Below are positions 29,572 to 38,496 of a DNA stretch of 64,000 nt, in pieces. Position 1 is the stretch's first letter, and each line of letters opens with the position of its first letter. Both the position numbers and the translations under genes were made by a program. The notes beneath the pieces were generated by a model, which saw only the letters and a list, made by a program, of their open reading frames with translations, was not told where the DNA came from and searched no databases. This DNA is from a virus: positions 132,981 through 196,980 of the IMG/VR virus record IMGVR_UViG_3300032291_002550; one strand, 5' to 3'.

Positions 29572-30426
29572 ATGAAAAAAATTAAACATAATAAGCTTCG
29601 CAACACAGGTATAATATTTGAATTATTAGTAAGACAAATAACTGCTGATATTTTAAATAATAAAGACTCACAGGCAATTCACATTGTAAAGGAATTTTTC
29701 TCTAAGAAAAGTAGCTTAGCTCATGAACTAAAATTATATCAAACTTTAACAAATGAAAAGCTTTCTAGTGAATGGAAAGCAGGTCAATTATTAGAGGCTG
29801 TAGTAAAGTCAAGAAAAAAATTAGACGAACAAACTTTAGAAAAACTTAAATATAGTTTAATTAAAAGAATTCGTGAAAGCTATAAATTAGAAGACTTCTT
29901 TCAACATAAAGTAAATAACTATAAAGTATTGGCTAGCGTGTATAAATTATTCGAATATGCTGAAGCTGATAATCCTGTTGATGTAGTAGATTCTAAATCT
30001 TGTATTTTTGAGCATTTAATCAGAAAGCCAGAAGATGTGCCTAGTGTAGAAAGTTTAATAGAAACACAGTTTGGCAAAGAAGATAAAGATATTAGATTAT
30101 TATCATATAAAATCTTATTAGAGAAATTTAATGATAAGTATAATAAATTAAATCCTAATCAAAAACAATTATTAAAGCTCTATATCACAAATTCACCAAA
30201 TAATCAAAATGAATTATTTGAATTTGTAATTAGTTCAGTTAAAGCAATTAAAACAGACCTAGACAAGAACATTAAAAAATGTGATAGTCAAGTAGTACAA
30301 ATTAAATTATCAGAAGTAAATAATTTACTAACTACTATTACCGAATCAAGAATAATTAAAGATAATCATGTATTGTCTTTATTAAGATACTTTGAACTAG
30401 TAAAAGAACTTAAAAAAATTAATTAA
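29572..30426 (+). CDS. Hypothetical head-module protein
   Basis: Helical ORF starting KIKHNKLRNTGIIFELLVRQIT, between portal and protease. Confidence 0.6.
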   Translation: MKKIKHNKLRNTGIIFELLVRQITADILNNKDSQAIHIVKEFFSKKSSLAHELKLYQTLTNEKLSSEWKAGQLLEAVVKSRKKLDEQTLEKLKYSLIKRIRESYKLEDFFQHKVNNYKVLASVYKLFEYAEADNPVDVVDSKSCIFEHLIRKPEDVPSVESLIETQFGKEDKDIRLLSYKILLEKFNDKYNKLNPNQKQLLKLYITNSPNNQNELFEFVISSVKAIKTDLDKNIKKCDSQVVQIKLSEVNNLLTTITESRIIKDNHVLSLLRYFELVKELKKIN

Positions 30427-30427
30427 T

Positions 30428-31171
30428 ATGGCATTCAAAAGACTTTTACAAGAAATCGAAGATAAGTTTAATGAAGTGAATCAGTTAGAAGAATTTGCTA
30501 CTAGTAACATGTATTATACATCAATACCAGCTGTAAGTAAAACAAATGCTTTAAATGTTATTAAGTCTAATGAACTATTAAGATTGCTTATATTAAATAA
30601 ACAATTAATATATCGTTTAGATATGAATGAAATAATATTCGAATCTGAGCATGAAAAAGCTATAGATTTATTAAATTCTAAATTACATAAAGCAGATATA
30701 CCTATCATTAATTCTACATCGAAAAATGTACCATCAATGACAGAAGCTTCTACCTCGGGCGGGGCAGGTGCATATTTAACACCTAATGCATTTGGTCATG
30801 AAGCTCCGGAAAGTGCTATCACAGCATATGGAATGAAAAAAGTAGGCGCGCCTAATAAAAATACTAAATCATTAAAAGAATCAAATTATAAAAAAATGGT
30901 GTCTGAAATGTATAGTATATTAGAAGAAGGTAAGTATAATGATATTAAGAATGATCCTACCGTTTCTCCTAAAAAAAAAGTAAACTACGCGATTGCTGAA
31001 GTATATACTAAGTTATTTGAAATTGAAAAGATCATTTCAAGAAACATGAAACTTAAAAATGAAATGAATGTTGATAACAGAATGTATTGGAAATCTACAA
31101 AAGAAAAATTATCTAAACTTTCTGAAAGATTAAATAGAGTTTCGGGTTACCTAAAAAACTTAAGCGCGTAA
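30428..31171 (+). CDS. Hypothetical head-associated protein
   Basis: FKRLLQE N-terminus, TEASTSGGAGAYLTPNAF module, several LxE linkers. Confidence 0.55.
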   Translation: MAFKRLLQEIEDKFNEVNQLEEFATSNMYYTSIPAVSKTNALNVIKSNELLRLLILNKQLIYRLDMNEIIFESEHEKAIDLLNSKLHKADIPIINSTSKNVPSMTEASTSGGAGAYLTPNAFGHEAPESAITAYGMKKVGAPNKNTKSLKESNYKKMVSEMYSILEEGKYNDIKNDPTVSPKKKVNYAIAEVYTKLFEIEKIISRNMKLKNEMNVDNRMYWKSTKEKLSKLSERLNRVSGYLKNLSA

Positions 31172-31187
31172 TAAAATAATAAACAAT

Positions 31188-32006
31188 ATGAGACTTAAAA
31201 ATAAAATATTAATTGAAGGAGACACTTTATCAATCTTCGAAGGTATGTTTAACTCCATGAAAGGTGGAGCAGATTTACAGCACATTGCAAAAGTGATATA
31301 TGATGAACTACAACAAATGGGTTCATATGATTCTTCAGATAGACAATCATTAATAAAACAAGCCGGATTATCGGGTAAAGATGCAGAGACAGTATCAGAT
31401 ATGTTATTTGATATGGATGCAGATGAAAGATACAACGATATGAGTAGATATGATGAATCTATTAATGAAGCTAAAGAAAAGAAAGACCCTGCTGAGAAAA
31501 AGAAAGCAGATAAAACTAATTACGGCCATAAAGATATGTCTGATGTAGATATGGTTAATCCTTATGAATTAAGAAAAGGAATACGTATTGAAATGGTAGA
31601 TATTGATGATTATGAAAAAGCAATGGATAAAGCAGTTAAGAAATTAAAGAAAGATCCAATGTTTTACAGTAATCTAATTGCTAATTCTAAGGAAATTAAA
31701 GGCAAAAGATCAGACGTACCTACCGAAGTGAAGGATAAAAAACTTAATAAAGTATCTGATAAATTAAAGGATAAAGCAAATGAAATGGAAGTATCTAAAA
31801 AAGATGCTACTAAAAAGAATGCTAATGATTCTTTAAATAAAAAAGAAAAAGCTTCTGGAAAACCTAAAGGAGTAAAGGAAATGACAATGAAACCTAAGGC
31901 TTCTAAAGGAATGAAATCTATGACAGTTCCAGGCAAAGAAAAGAAAACTAACTTAAAAGAAAATGTTAATCTTTGGGAAGCATTTAAAAAGAACATCTTA
32001 AGATAA
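31188..32006 (+). CDS. Hypothetical head-associated protein (DUF5661-like module, Lys-rich tail)
   Basis: ELRKGIRIEM...KKDPMFYS module; INE and LKE linkers. Confidence 0.5.
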   Translation: MRLKNKILIEGDTLSIFEGMFNSMKGGADLQHIAKVIYDELQQMGSYDSSDRQSLIKQAGLSGKDAETVSDMLFDMDADERYNDMSRYDESINEAKEKKDPAEKKKADKTNYGHKDMSDVDMVNPYELRKGIRIEMVDIDDYEKAMDKAVKKLKKDPMFYSNLIANSKEIKGKRSDVPTEVKDKKLNKVSDKLKDKANEMEVSKKDATKKNANDSLNKKEKASGKPKGVKEMTMKPKASKGMKSMTVPGKEKKTNLKENVNLWEAFKKNILR

Positions 32007-32015
32007 TTATATAAA

Positions 32016-32624
32016 ATGAATACTAATAATTTACTTATAGATTATCTTCCGTTTGAAGTAACGCCTCAAATGATTAACGAGTCGCTAGAACAAAATGGCG
32101 GTCGTTTAATTGTTAAAGGTACTTTACAACGAGCTGATGCTTTTAATCATAATGGAAGAACATACCCTAGACCTATATTAGAGCGCGAAGCTTCTAGATA
32201 TCTTGGTCAAGAAGTTAAAGAAAGAAGAGCCTTAGGAGAATTAGATCATCCAGATTCTTCAGTAATTAACTTAAATAATGTTTCTCATAATATTTTAGAG
32301 ATGCATTGGGATGGTGATGATTTAGTCGGGACTGTTGAAGTACTACCTACACCTAGCGGAAATATTTTAAAGGCATTATTTCAAGCCGGTATTAAATTAG
32401 GTATTAGTTCAAGAGGCTTAGGTTCAGTTAAGCAAATTGACGAGCAAGGACATGTACAAGTTCAAGATGATTTTAATTTATTATGCTTTGACTTTGTTTC
32501 TAGTCCATCAACTCAAGGAGCTTATTTAAGACCTATTAATGAAGGTTCTGGTCAAATAAATATAACAAATAAATATTATTCTGTAGAAAAGATTATTACA
32601 GATATAATATCAGATTTTAAATAA
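32016..32624 (+). CDS. gp21: Prohead core protease (gp21-like)
   Basis: NHNGRTYP, ALGELDHP, VSH, GISSRGLGS, DFVSSPS. Confidence 0.95.
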   Translation: MNTNNLLIDYLPFEVTPQMINESLEQNGGRLIVKGTLQRADAFNHNGRTYPRPILEREASRYLGQEVKERRALGELDHPDSSVINLNNVSHNILEMHWDGDDLVGTVEVLPTPSGNILKALFQAGIKLGISSRGLGSVKQIDEQGHVQVQDDFNLLCFDFVSSPSTQGAYLRPINEGSGQINITNKYYSVEKIITDIISDFK

Positions 32625-32631
32625 TAAGAAA

Positions 32632-33093
32632 ATGTCAAAAGATAATAAAATAAAATTAAAGGCGCTTTTAAATGAAGCATTTGGAACTTGGGGTGTTGTT
32701 ACGCATGCCCATCCAAATCGTAAAAAGCTTCAAGAACAAGAACCTGGTATGCCCGGAGCAGTTCCTACAAGACCTGCAGCTCAGCCACCTAGAACTCAAC
32801 CTAAACCGCCAGTACCTACAAAACCACAGCAAAGACCTGTAACCAATGATGTACCGGAAGAACCAAAACAAACTCCGCCGCCGACAGAAAATCTTAACTT
32901 TAAAGTGCAGCCTGGGTTTAAAGTAGAATTTGATGGGAAGCCCGGCCAATATTATATTATTAGAATCATGAATACTTCAATGACTAATTTTTTAGTAGTT
33001 AATGATAAAATAGGAAAACCTGTACAATTTATTGGAGTAAATATAGAAAAGATTAATTCTGACGAAAAAGGTAAACCATTTAATAAAGAATAA
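32632..33093 (+). CDS. Hypothetical protein with Pro/Gln-rich linker
   Basis: [10 protein letters not shown]-terminus, PQ-rich segment, small beta domain. Confidence 0.55.
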   Translation: MSKDNKIKLKALLNEAFGTWGVVTHAHPNRKKLQEQEPGMPGAVPTRPAAQPPRTQPKPPVPTKPQQRPVTNDVPEEPKQTPPPTENLNFKVQPGFKVEFDGKPGQYYIIRIMNTSMTNFLVVNDKIGKPVQFIGVNIEKINSDEKGKPFNKE

Positions 33094-33097
33094 TACA

Positions 33098-33643
33098 ATG
33101 ACTAGTTTAAAAAACATTATAAGCGAAAAATGGATGCAAAATGAAGCATCAGAAAAAATAAAACTAACTCCTCAAGATAAAAAAGAAATCATGGAGATGA
33201 TTGGCAAGTTCAATGAATATGGCAATCATATATACAGAGCAGACGAATTACGTAACATTACTAATGAAATGAAAGATGTAATTCAGAAAGCTAAAGATAT
33301 GACTTTACAAGAAACAGAAGGAAGCTTTGATGGCATTACAGTAGGACGTCATATGAAAACATTAGAAAGTTCTATGCAATTATTTGAAAAGACGGCTGGC
33401 GAAATTAATACTTTACAGCAAAGACTAGAAAGCGTATATGAAGATATTGGAAGTGTATTAAATAAATATTACAAGATAAATGAAAATGAATTAGATGCAG
33501 TAGGTCATGAAGATAGTGATATTAATAATGATGGTAAAGTAGACAAACAAGATTCATATTTAAAGAATAGAAGAAGTGTTATTGCTCATGAAATAAATGA
33601 AAGAGAAATTAATAAATTTAAAAGATTAGCAGGTATTAAATAA
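33098..33643 (+). CDS. Hypothetical head-associated protein with EF-hand-like loop
   Basis: [12 protein letters not shown] loop; C-terminal KFKRLAGIK resembles the scaffold C-terminus. Confidence 0.6.
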   Translation: MTSLKNIISEKWMQNEASEKIKLTPQDKKEIMEMIGKFNEYGNHIYRADELRNITNEMKDVIQKAKDMTLQETEGSFDGITVGRHMKTLESSMQLFEKTAGEINTLQQRLESVYEDIGSVLNKYYKINENELDAVGHEDSDINNDGKVDKQDSYLKNRRSVIAHEINEREINKFKRLAGIK

Positions 33644-33652
33644 TTAAAACTT

Positions 33653-33681
33653 AAAAAGCTCTAAGAAATTGGGGCTTTTTT
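33653..33681 (+). terminator. Rho-independent terminator (GAAA loop)
   Basis: AAAAAGCTCTAA-GAAA-TTGGGGCTTTTTT. Confidence 0.8.
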
Positions 33682-33754
33682 ACTGAATATATAAAAAAGT
33701 TTCAAAAAGTATCATGTTTTTGTAACATGGGTAATATATATAATAAATTCCAAT

Positions 33755-33837
33755 ATCGTATTCCTAATATACGATTACAAAAAATATCTAAACCGCTTTT
33801 ATAGTTCATTAATAACTATACCGAATATTTCGTGCGG
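33755..33837 (+). promoter_or_regulatory. Structured 5' leader of the scaffold/capsid operon
   Basis: Hairpins ATCGTA-TTCCTAATA-TACGAT and TATAGTT-CATTAAT-AACTATA, the second enclosed by CCGC/GCGG. Confidence 0.5.
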
Positions 33838-33862
33838 ACAAAAAATCACATAAAAATAAAAA

Positions 33863-34825
33863 ATGCAAGACTTATTAAAAGAAGCTATTGCGGATGCAAA
33901 AGCAGTTAAAGAAACAGCCATTGCTAATGCTAAGTTAGCTTTAGAAGAAGCATTCACCCCAAGAATTCAATCTATGATTTCTTCTCGTTTAGCAGAAGAA
34001 GGAATGGAAGATGAAGAAGGAATGGAAGATGAAATGTCAATGGAAGATCCAGGAATGGATGATGATGGAATGGATGTAGGCGATTTATCAATTGATATCA
34101 ATCAAGATGGTCAATTCGATGAATTTGATATTATGTCTAAACCAGGTGCAGCTGCACCGACAGAAGAAATGCCAGCAGAAGAAATGCCAGCAGAAGAAGA
34201 ATTAGATGAGTATGATTTATCAGAAATCTTACGTCAGTTAGACGAAGAAGAGTATGAATTAAACCCAGGCGAAGATCCAGATGCTATTGAAGAAATGGAT
34301 AGAGCCGCTGTTGATGCTGAAGAAGAAGAGCACATGACAGATCTAGAAGAAGAAATTGATATTGATGCTTTATTAGAAGAATTAATGGGCGATGACGAAA
34401 TGTCTGAAATGAATGATGAAATGCCAATGGAAAAGCCAGAAGAAATGATGGAAATGAAAAAGGCAAATGCTAAAATGAAGAAAGAGTTAGAAGAAGCTTA
34501 TAGCGCAATTAAAACTATGAAAGATAGTTTAAATGAAGTTAATATGCTTAATGCAAAACTTTTATTCACAAACAAATTATTTAAAGCTCATACTTTAAAT
34601 GAATCGCAAAAAGTTAAAGTAATTGATACTTTCGATCGTGCTAGAACAATTAGAGAAGTTAAATTAGTATATGCTACTTTATCTGAATCATTCTCAAGCA
34701 AGAAAACATTAGTAAAAGAATCAGTTGCATCTAAACCAGTTGCATCAACAAAACCTAAACAAACTATTTTATCTGAAGGCGAACAAATTGCAAACAGATT
34801 TAAGAAATTAGCAGGTTTAAAATAA
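33863..34825 (+). CDS. Prohead scaffold protein (gp22-like)
   Basis: LLKEAIADAKAVKETAIANAK..LEEAF N-terminus; very acidic; immediately upstream of the major capsid gene; many LxE sites. Confidence 0.8.
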   Translation: MQDLLKEAIADAKAVKETAIANAKLALEEAFTPRIQSMISSRLAEEGMEDEEGMEDEMSMEDPGMDDDGMDVGDLSIDINQDGQFDEFDIMSKPGAAAPTEEMPAEEMPAEEELDEYDLSEILRQLDEEEYELNPGEDPDAIEEMDRAAVDAEEEEHMTDLEEEIDIDALLEELMGDDEMSEMNDEMPMEKPEEMMEMKKANAKMKKELEEAYSAIKTMKDSLNEVNMLNAKLLFTNKLFKAHTLNESQKVKVIDTFDRARTIREVKLVYATLSESFSSKKTLVKESVASKPVASTKPKQTILSEGEQIANRFKKLAGLK

Positions 34826-34870
34826 TTTTAAAAATAACTTAAACAAAAAACAAAAAACATAAATATTACT

Positions 34871-36619
34871 ATGAGTAATTTAAATGCAATTCAAAAGATC
34901 GTTTCATCTACACAAGATAGATCTTTCCAACTTTTAGAAGAATCTAAAGGTTTAGTTAACAAATGGGCTAAGACCGGTTTGTTAGAAGGAGTTGATAGCG
35001 AATATGACAGAGCTAGCATCTCAATTTTATTAGAAAACCAAGCTAAGCAATTAATTACAGAATCTAGCAGAACAGGTACAGCAGCAGGATCAGAAGAATG
35101 GTCAGGTGTTGCTCTTCCGTTAGTAAGACGTATTTTCAGTGAAATTGCTGCAAAAGATTTCGTTTCAGTTCAACCAATGTCTTTACCTTCAGGTCTAGTA
35201 TTTTATTTAGATTTTAAATATGGTACTACAAACAATGCTGGGTTTGCAACTACTAATACTTCACAAAATCCTAGTAACCCAGGTTACCAAACTAATTCAG
35301 TATTTGGTGTAACTAATACAACTGGTGATCCGACACAAGGTTTATATGGTGCTGGTAGATTTGGATATTCTATTGCTAATACATCTAGTATTTCTAACTT
35401 AGTAGCTGGTGGCGTTGGTTTAACTACATTTGGTACATCATCTTTATCAGCAGCAGATTACAATTTTGATACAAGATTCTTTAATACTTATTCTGCATCA
35501 TTAGCAGTACCTGCTACGAGCTCAATGAAATTATTAACAATATCTTCGGCATCAATTCCTAACTTTGACCCGGAAGGTGTTAGAGCATTTAATCTTTCAG
35601 GTTCAGCACAAGTATTAACTGTATTCCCTCAATTTACTAGAGTAAATTCAGATAATTCACAAATTTCATTTGTTGTATCTGCATCAGGACCTTCATTTGC
35701 AACTAACGGTGCATTTAGTTTCGGTAACGTACAATGTATCTATGAAGTTCAACCTACAGCAGCTAATCGTGGTGATTTTGAAGCTGGTAATTCACCTTAT
35801 GGTCAAACTCAAGGAATTGATACTAACATTAACATTCCAGAAATAAACGTTGAAATGCGTTCTGAGCCGATCGTTGCTAAGACTCGTAAATTAAAAGCTA
35901 TCTGGACTCCAGAATTCGCGCAAGATTTAAATGCATACCATGCAATTGATGCTGAAGCAGAATTAACTTCAATGTTATCTGAGTATATTTCTCAAGAAAT
36001 TGATTTAGAGATTTTAGATATGTTAATGCAAAATGCAGTAACAATTGATGCGTGGTCAGCAGTAATCGGGCGTTCAGTAGATGTTAACTTACCAGGTGTT
36101 GGTACTAACCCACTACCGACTTTCTATTCAACAGATGCTACATCAACAGGTGGTGCATTCTACAATCAACAAACTTGGTTCCAAACTTTAGGAACTAAAA
36201 TCCAAAAGGTATCTAACAAAATTCATCAAAAAACAATGCGTGGTGGTGCGAACTTCTTAGTTTGTTCTCCAGACGTTGCTACTATCTTAGAATCTATCCC
36301 AGGATATGCAGCTGACACTAATGGTGATAAGATGCAATTTGCAATGGGTGTTCAAAAAGCTGGTATGATGAATAATCGTTTCCAAGTTTACAAAAACCCT
36401 TATATGTTAGAAAATACCATTTTAATGGGTTACAGAGGAAATCAATTCTTAGAAACAGGTGCGGTTTATAGCCCATATGTTCCATTGATTATGACTCCTT
36501 TAGTTTATGATCCGAATAACTTCACTCCAAGAAAAGGTGTAATGACACGTTACGCTAAGAAGATTGTTCGTCCCGAATTTTACGGTGTAATTAGAATAAT
36601 GGATTTAAATAGAATCTAA
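34871..36619 (+). CDS. gp23: Major capsid protein (gp23-like)
   Basis: LLENQ, VSVQPMSLPSGLVFYL, AKTRKLKAIWTPEFAQDLNAYH..DAEAEL, YSPYVPL, GVMTRYA. Confidence 0.97.
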   Translation: MSNLNAIQKIVSSTQDRSFQLLEESKGLVNKWAKTGLLEGVDSEYDRASISILLENQAKQLITESSRTGTAAGSEEWSGVALPLVRRIFSEIAAKDFVSVQPMSLPSGLVFYLDFKYGTTNNAGFATTNTSQNPSNPGYQTNSVFGVTNTTGDPTQGLYGAGRFGYSIANTSSISNLVAGGVGLTTFGTSSLSAADYNFDTRFFNTYSASLAVPATSSMKLLTISSASIPNFDPEGVRAFNLSGSAQVLTVFPQFTRVNSDNSQISFVVSASGPSFATNGAFSFGNVQCIYEVQPTAANRGDFEAGNSPYGQTQGIDTNINIPEINVEMRSEPIVAKTRKLKAIWTPEFAQDLNAYHAIDAEAELTSMLSEYISQEIDLEILDMLMQNAVTIDAWSAVIGRSVDVNLPGVGTNPLPTFYSTDATSTGGAFYNQQTWFQTLGTKIQKVSNKIHQKTMRGGANFLVCSPDVATILESIPGYAADTNGDKMQFAMGVQKAGMMNNRFQVYKNPYMLENTILMGYRGNQFLETGAVYSPYVPLIMTPLVYDPNNFTPRKGVMTRYAKKIVRPEFYGVIRIMDLNRI

Positions 36620-36644
36620 TTCTAAATAAAATAAAATAGAAGAA

Positions 36645-36672
36645 GGCAGAAGAAATTCTGCCTTTTTTTATG
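36645..36672 (+). terminator. Terminator of the capsid gene; copy 1 of a 28-bp direct repeat
   Basis: GGCAGAA-GAAA-TTCTGCC-TTTTTTT-ATG. Confidence 0.9.
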
Positions 36673-36714
36673 TTTTTGACATCCATAGAACATATTTATA
36701 ATAAAAGCAATTCT

Positions 36715-37257
36715 ATGGTTATATACGAAACAATAAATAAAATTAACGGAAAGCGTTATATAGGTAAAGATAAGTACAATGATCCTTCATATCTAGGCTC
36801 TGGTACATTATTAACTAAAGCAATAAAAAAGTATGGCAAAGAACATTTTATAAAAACAATATTAGAGTATTGTAATTCAGAAGAACATATGGCTGAAAGA
36901 GAACAATATTGGATTAAATTAATGGGTGCACAAAAATCTAAGTTATATTATAATATAGGAGAAGGTGGTAATGGCGGAGATAATATTTCACATAATCCTA
37001 AAAAAGATTTATTCATTAAAAAGATGACTAAAATTAATAATGATCCACAATATCTACGTACTACAGTAGGGCATGGTGAATCTACAAAAGAAAATCAACG
37101 TAAAGCAGCAAAAGGACGTTATACATTACCATGGTTTAAAGAAAGATACGGAGATGAAAATGGAGAACGTTTATATGAAGAACGAAGATGGAAATTAAAA
37201 AATAGAAACTATAATAAGTTTAGAGACCCAATAACAGGGAAGTTTTCTAAAATATAA
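36715..37257 (+). CDS. GIY-YIG homing endonuclease (Seg-like)
   Basis: VIYETINKINGKRYIG...YLGSG..L.KAIKKYGKEHF...E..WI...YYNI; start moved to ATG 36715, downstream of the late motif at 36692. Confidence 0.9.
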   Translation: MVIYETINKINGKRYIGKDKYNDPSYLGSGTLLTKAIKKYGKEHFIKTILEYCNSEEHMAEREQYWIKLMGAQKSKLYYNIGEGGNGGDNISHNPKKDLFIKKMTKINNDPQYLRTTVGHGESTKENQRKAAKGRYTLPWFKERYGDENGERLYEERRWKLKNRNYNKFRDPITGKFSKI

Positions 37258-37264
37258 TAATAAG

Positions 37265-37292
37265 GGCAGAAGAAATTCTGCCTTTTTTTATG
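37265..37292 (+). terminator. Terminator; copy 2 of the 28-bp direct repeat
   Basis: Identical to 36645-36672. Confidence 0.9.
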
Positions 37293-37434
37293 GGCATACG
37301 CCCCAAAATCTTATCGTATACGAACTTTTATTATAAACTGATATTCTTATATAGAGTACATAAAATACTAATGTATACATGTGCTAAATACTTTTTAACA
37401 ACGAGTGATATTTATATTAAATTTAGTTATAAGT

Positions 37435-38103
37435 ATGAAAGATACAAATCGTCAACGTAAAACGGAGATTAAGGCAATTAGTGCGGTACAATTAAATGAA
37501 GAGCAAAAAGAAGCTAAACGATTAATTGTAGAAAATCAAATAGTAGTTGTTACCGGAAGAGCTGGTAGTGGTAAAAGTTTAGTATGTGCTCAAGCAGCAT
37601 TAGACTTCTTAAAGAAAAAGCAAATAGAATGTATTTATAACACCAGAGCTGCTGTAGAAGTCGGAAAATCATTAGGATATTTACCAGGCGCATTAAATGA
37701 TAAGTTCGATCCATATATGGAAGCTCTTATAGAAAACTTAAATAAATGCTGTACTGATAAGACAGAAGTTTCTAAATTAATTGAAGCAGGGAAAGTAAAA
37801 GCATTGCCCGTGCAATTTATTCGAGGAAAAACAGTAGATGATATTTTAATTGTTGAAGAAGCTCAAAATTTAACTAAAGGAGAAATGTTAGCTATTTTAA
37901 CAAGATTAGGAAAAACAGGTAAGATTGTTATAAATGGTGATAATGAGCAAACAGATATCAAGTCTAATGATGGGCAAGTAAATGGACTAACTTATGCAAT
38001 TGAATTATCTAAAAAGATAGATGAAATTAAATGGATAAAGTTAAAAGAAAATCATAGAAGTGATTTAGTTGGCAAAATATTAGATTATGAATATAATGGT
38101 TAA
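37435..38103 (+). CDS. phoH: PhoH-family ATPase
   Basis: GRAGSGKS, LGYLPG, FIRGKT, VEEAQN, LTRLG, NGDNEQTD, HRSDLV; ATG 37435 preferred because it follows the late motif at 37408. Confidence 0.93.
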   Translation: MKDTNRQRKTEIKAISAVQLNEEQKEAKRLIVENQIVVVTGRAGSGKSLVCAQAALDFLKKKQIECIYNTRAAVEVGKSLGYLPGALNDKFDPYMEALIENLNKCCTDKTEVSKLIEAGKVKALPVQFIRGKTVDDILIVEEAQNLTKGEMLAILTRLGKTGKIVINGDNEQTDIKSNDGQVNGLTYAIELSKKIDEIKWIKLKENHRSDLVGKILDYEYNG

Positions 38104-38248
38104 AAAATTTGAGATTAGTTTAACTGTTAACGGTAGAATTATTATAATAAAGATTCAAAGACCTGGCTTAAATTATATCGATAATTATTTTGAAAATTTA
38201 GCCGGAGAAAATAACGAATATATTATTAACTATATAAAAGAAATATAA
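38096..38248 (+). CDS. Small hypothetical protein (50 aa, not in the ORF track)
   Basis: MVKKFEISLTVNGRIIIIKIQ...YIKEI*; overlaps the phoH stop and is TAATG-coupled to the next ORF. Confidence 0.5.
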   Translation: MVKKFEISLTVNGRIIIIKIQRPGLNYIDNYFENLAGENNEYIINYIKEI

Positions 38249-38427
38249 TGTTTATAACAGACGAAAATCTTCAAAAGGCATTAGATGAAATGAAGAGTCA
38301 AGGATTTGAATTGGGAAAAGTTTATTCTAATCCATATGCTACTGCATTTAAACCTCAAACAAATGAAGAATCTCCAGTAACTAAAAAATTGCGAGAATCT
38401 GAAGAATTACGTAATAAAAATACTTAA
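38248..38427 (+). CDS. Small hypothetical protein (59 aa, not in the ORF track)
   Basis: MFITDENLQKALDEMKSQGFELGKVYSNPYATAFKP...*; ends just before a terminator. Confidence 0.55.
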   Translation: MFITDENLQKALDEMKSQGFELGKVYSNPYATAFKPQTNEESPVTKKLRESEELRNKNT

Positions 38428-38434
38428 TGTTAAG

Positions 38435-38459
38435 ATAGCCTCTTAATTGAGGCTATTTT
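38435..38459 (+). terminator. Rho-independent terminator
   Basis: ATAGCCTC-TTAATT-GAGGCTAT-TTT. Confidence 0.7.
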
Positions 38460-38496
38460 ACTGAATGTATATAATTATATTAAAGACTTATAAGTA

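Larger units (their letters stand above)
36645..37292 (+). mobile_element. Free-standing homing endonuclease cassette bounded by 28-bp direct repeats
   Basis: Identical GGCAGAAGAAATTCTGCCTTTTTTTATG at 36645-36672 and 37265-37292 flank a promoter plus the GIY-YIG ORF. Confidence 0.75.

Noticed and set aside
33995-34200. Short tandem repeats in the scaffold gene (EEGMED, EEMPA) as a CRISPR-like or regulatory array
   Set aside because: In-frame low-complexity acidic coding repeats with no spacer structure.
36670-36714. Track start for the GIY-YIG ORF at 36670, and likewise 37405 for phoH and 47934 for ORF 48015
   Set aside because: These starts lie in a terminator, on a promoter motif or inside the upstream gene; downstream ATGs fit the domain starts better.
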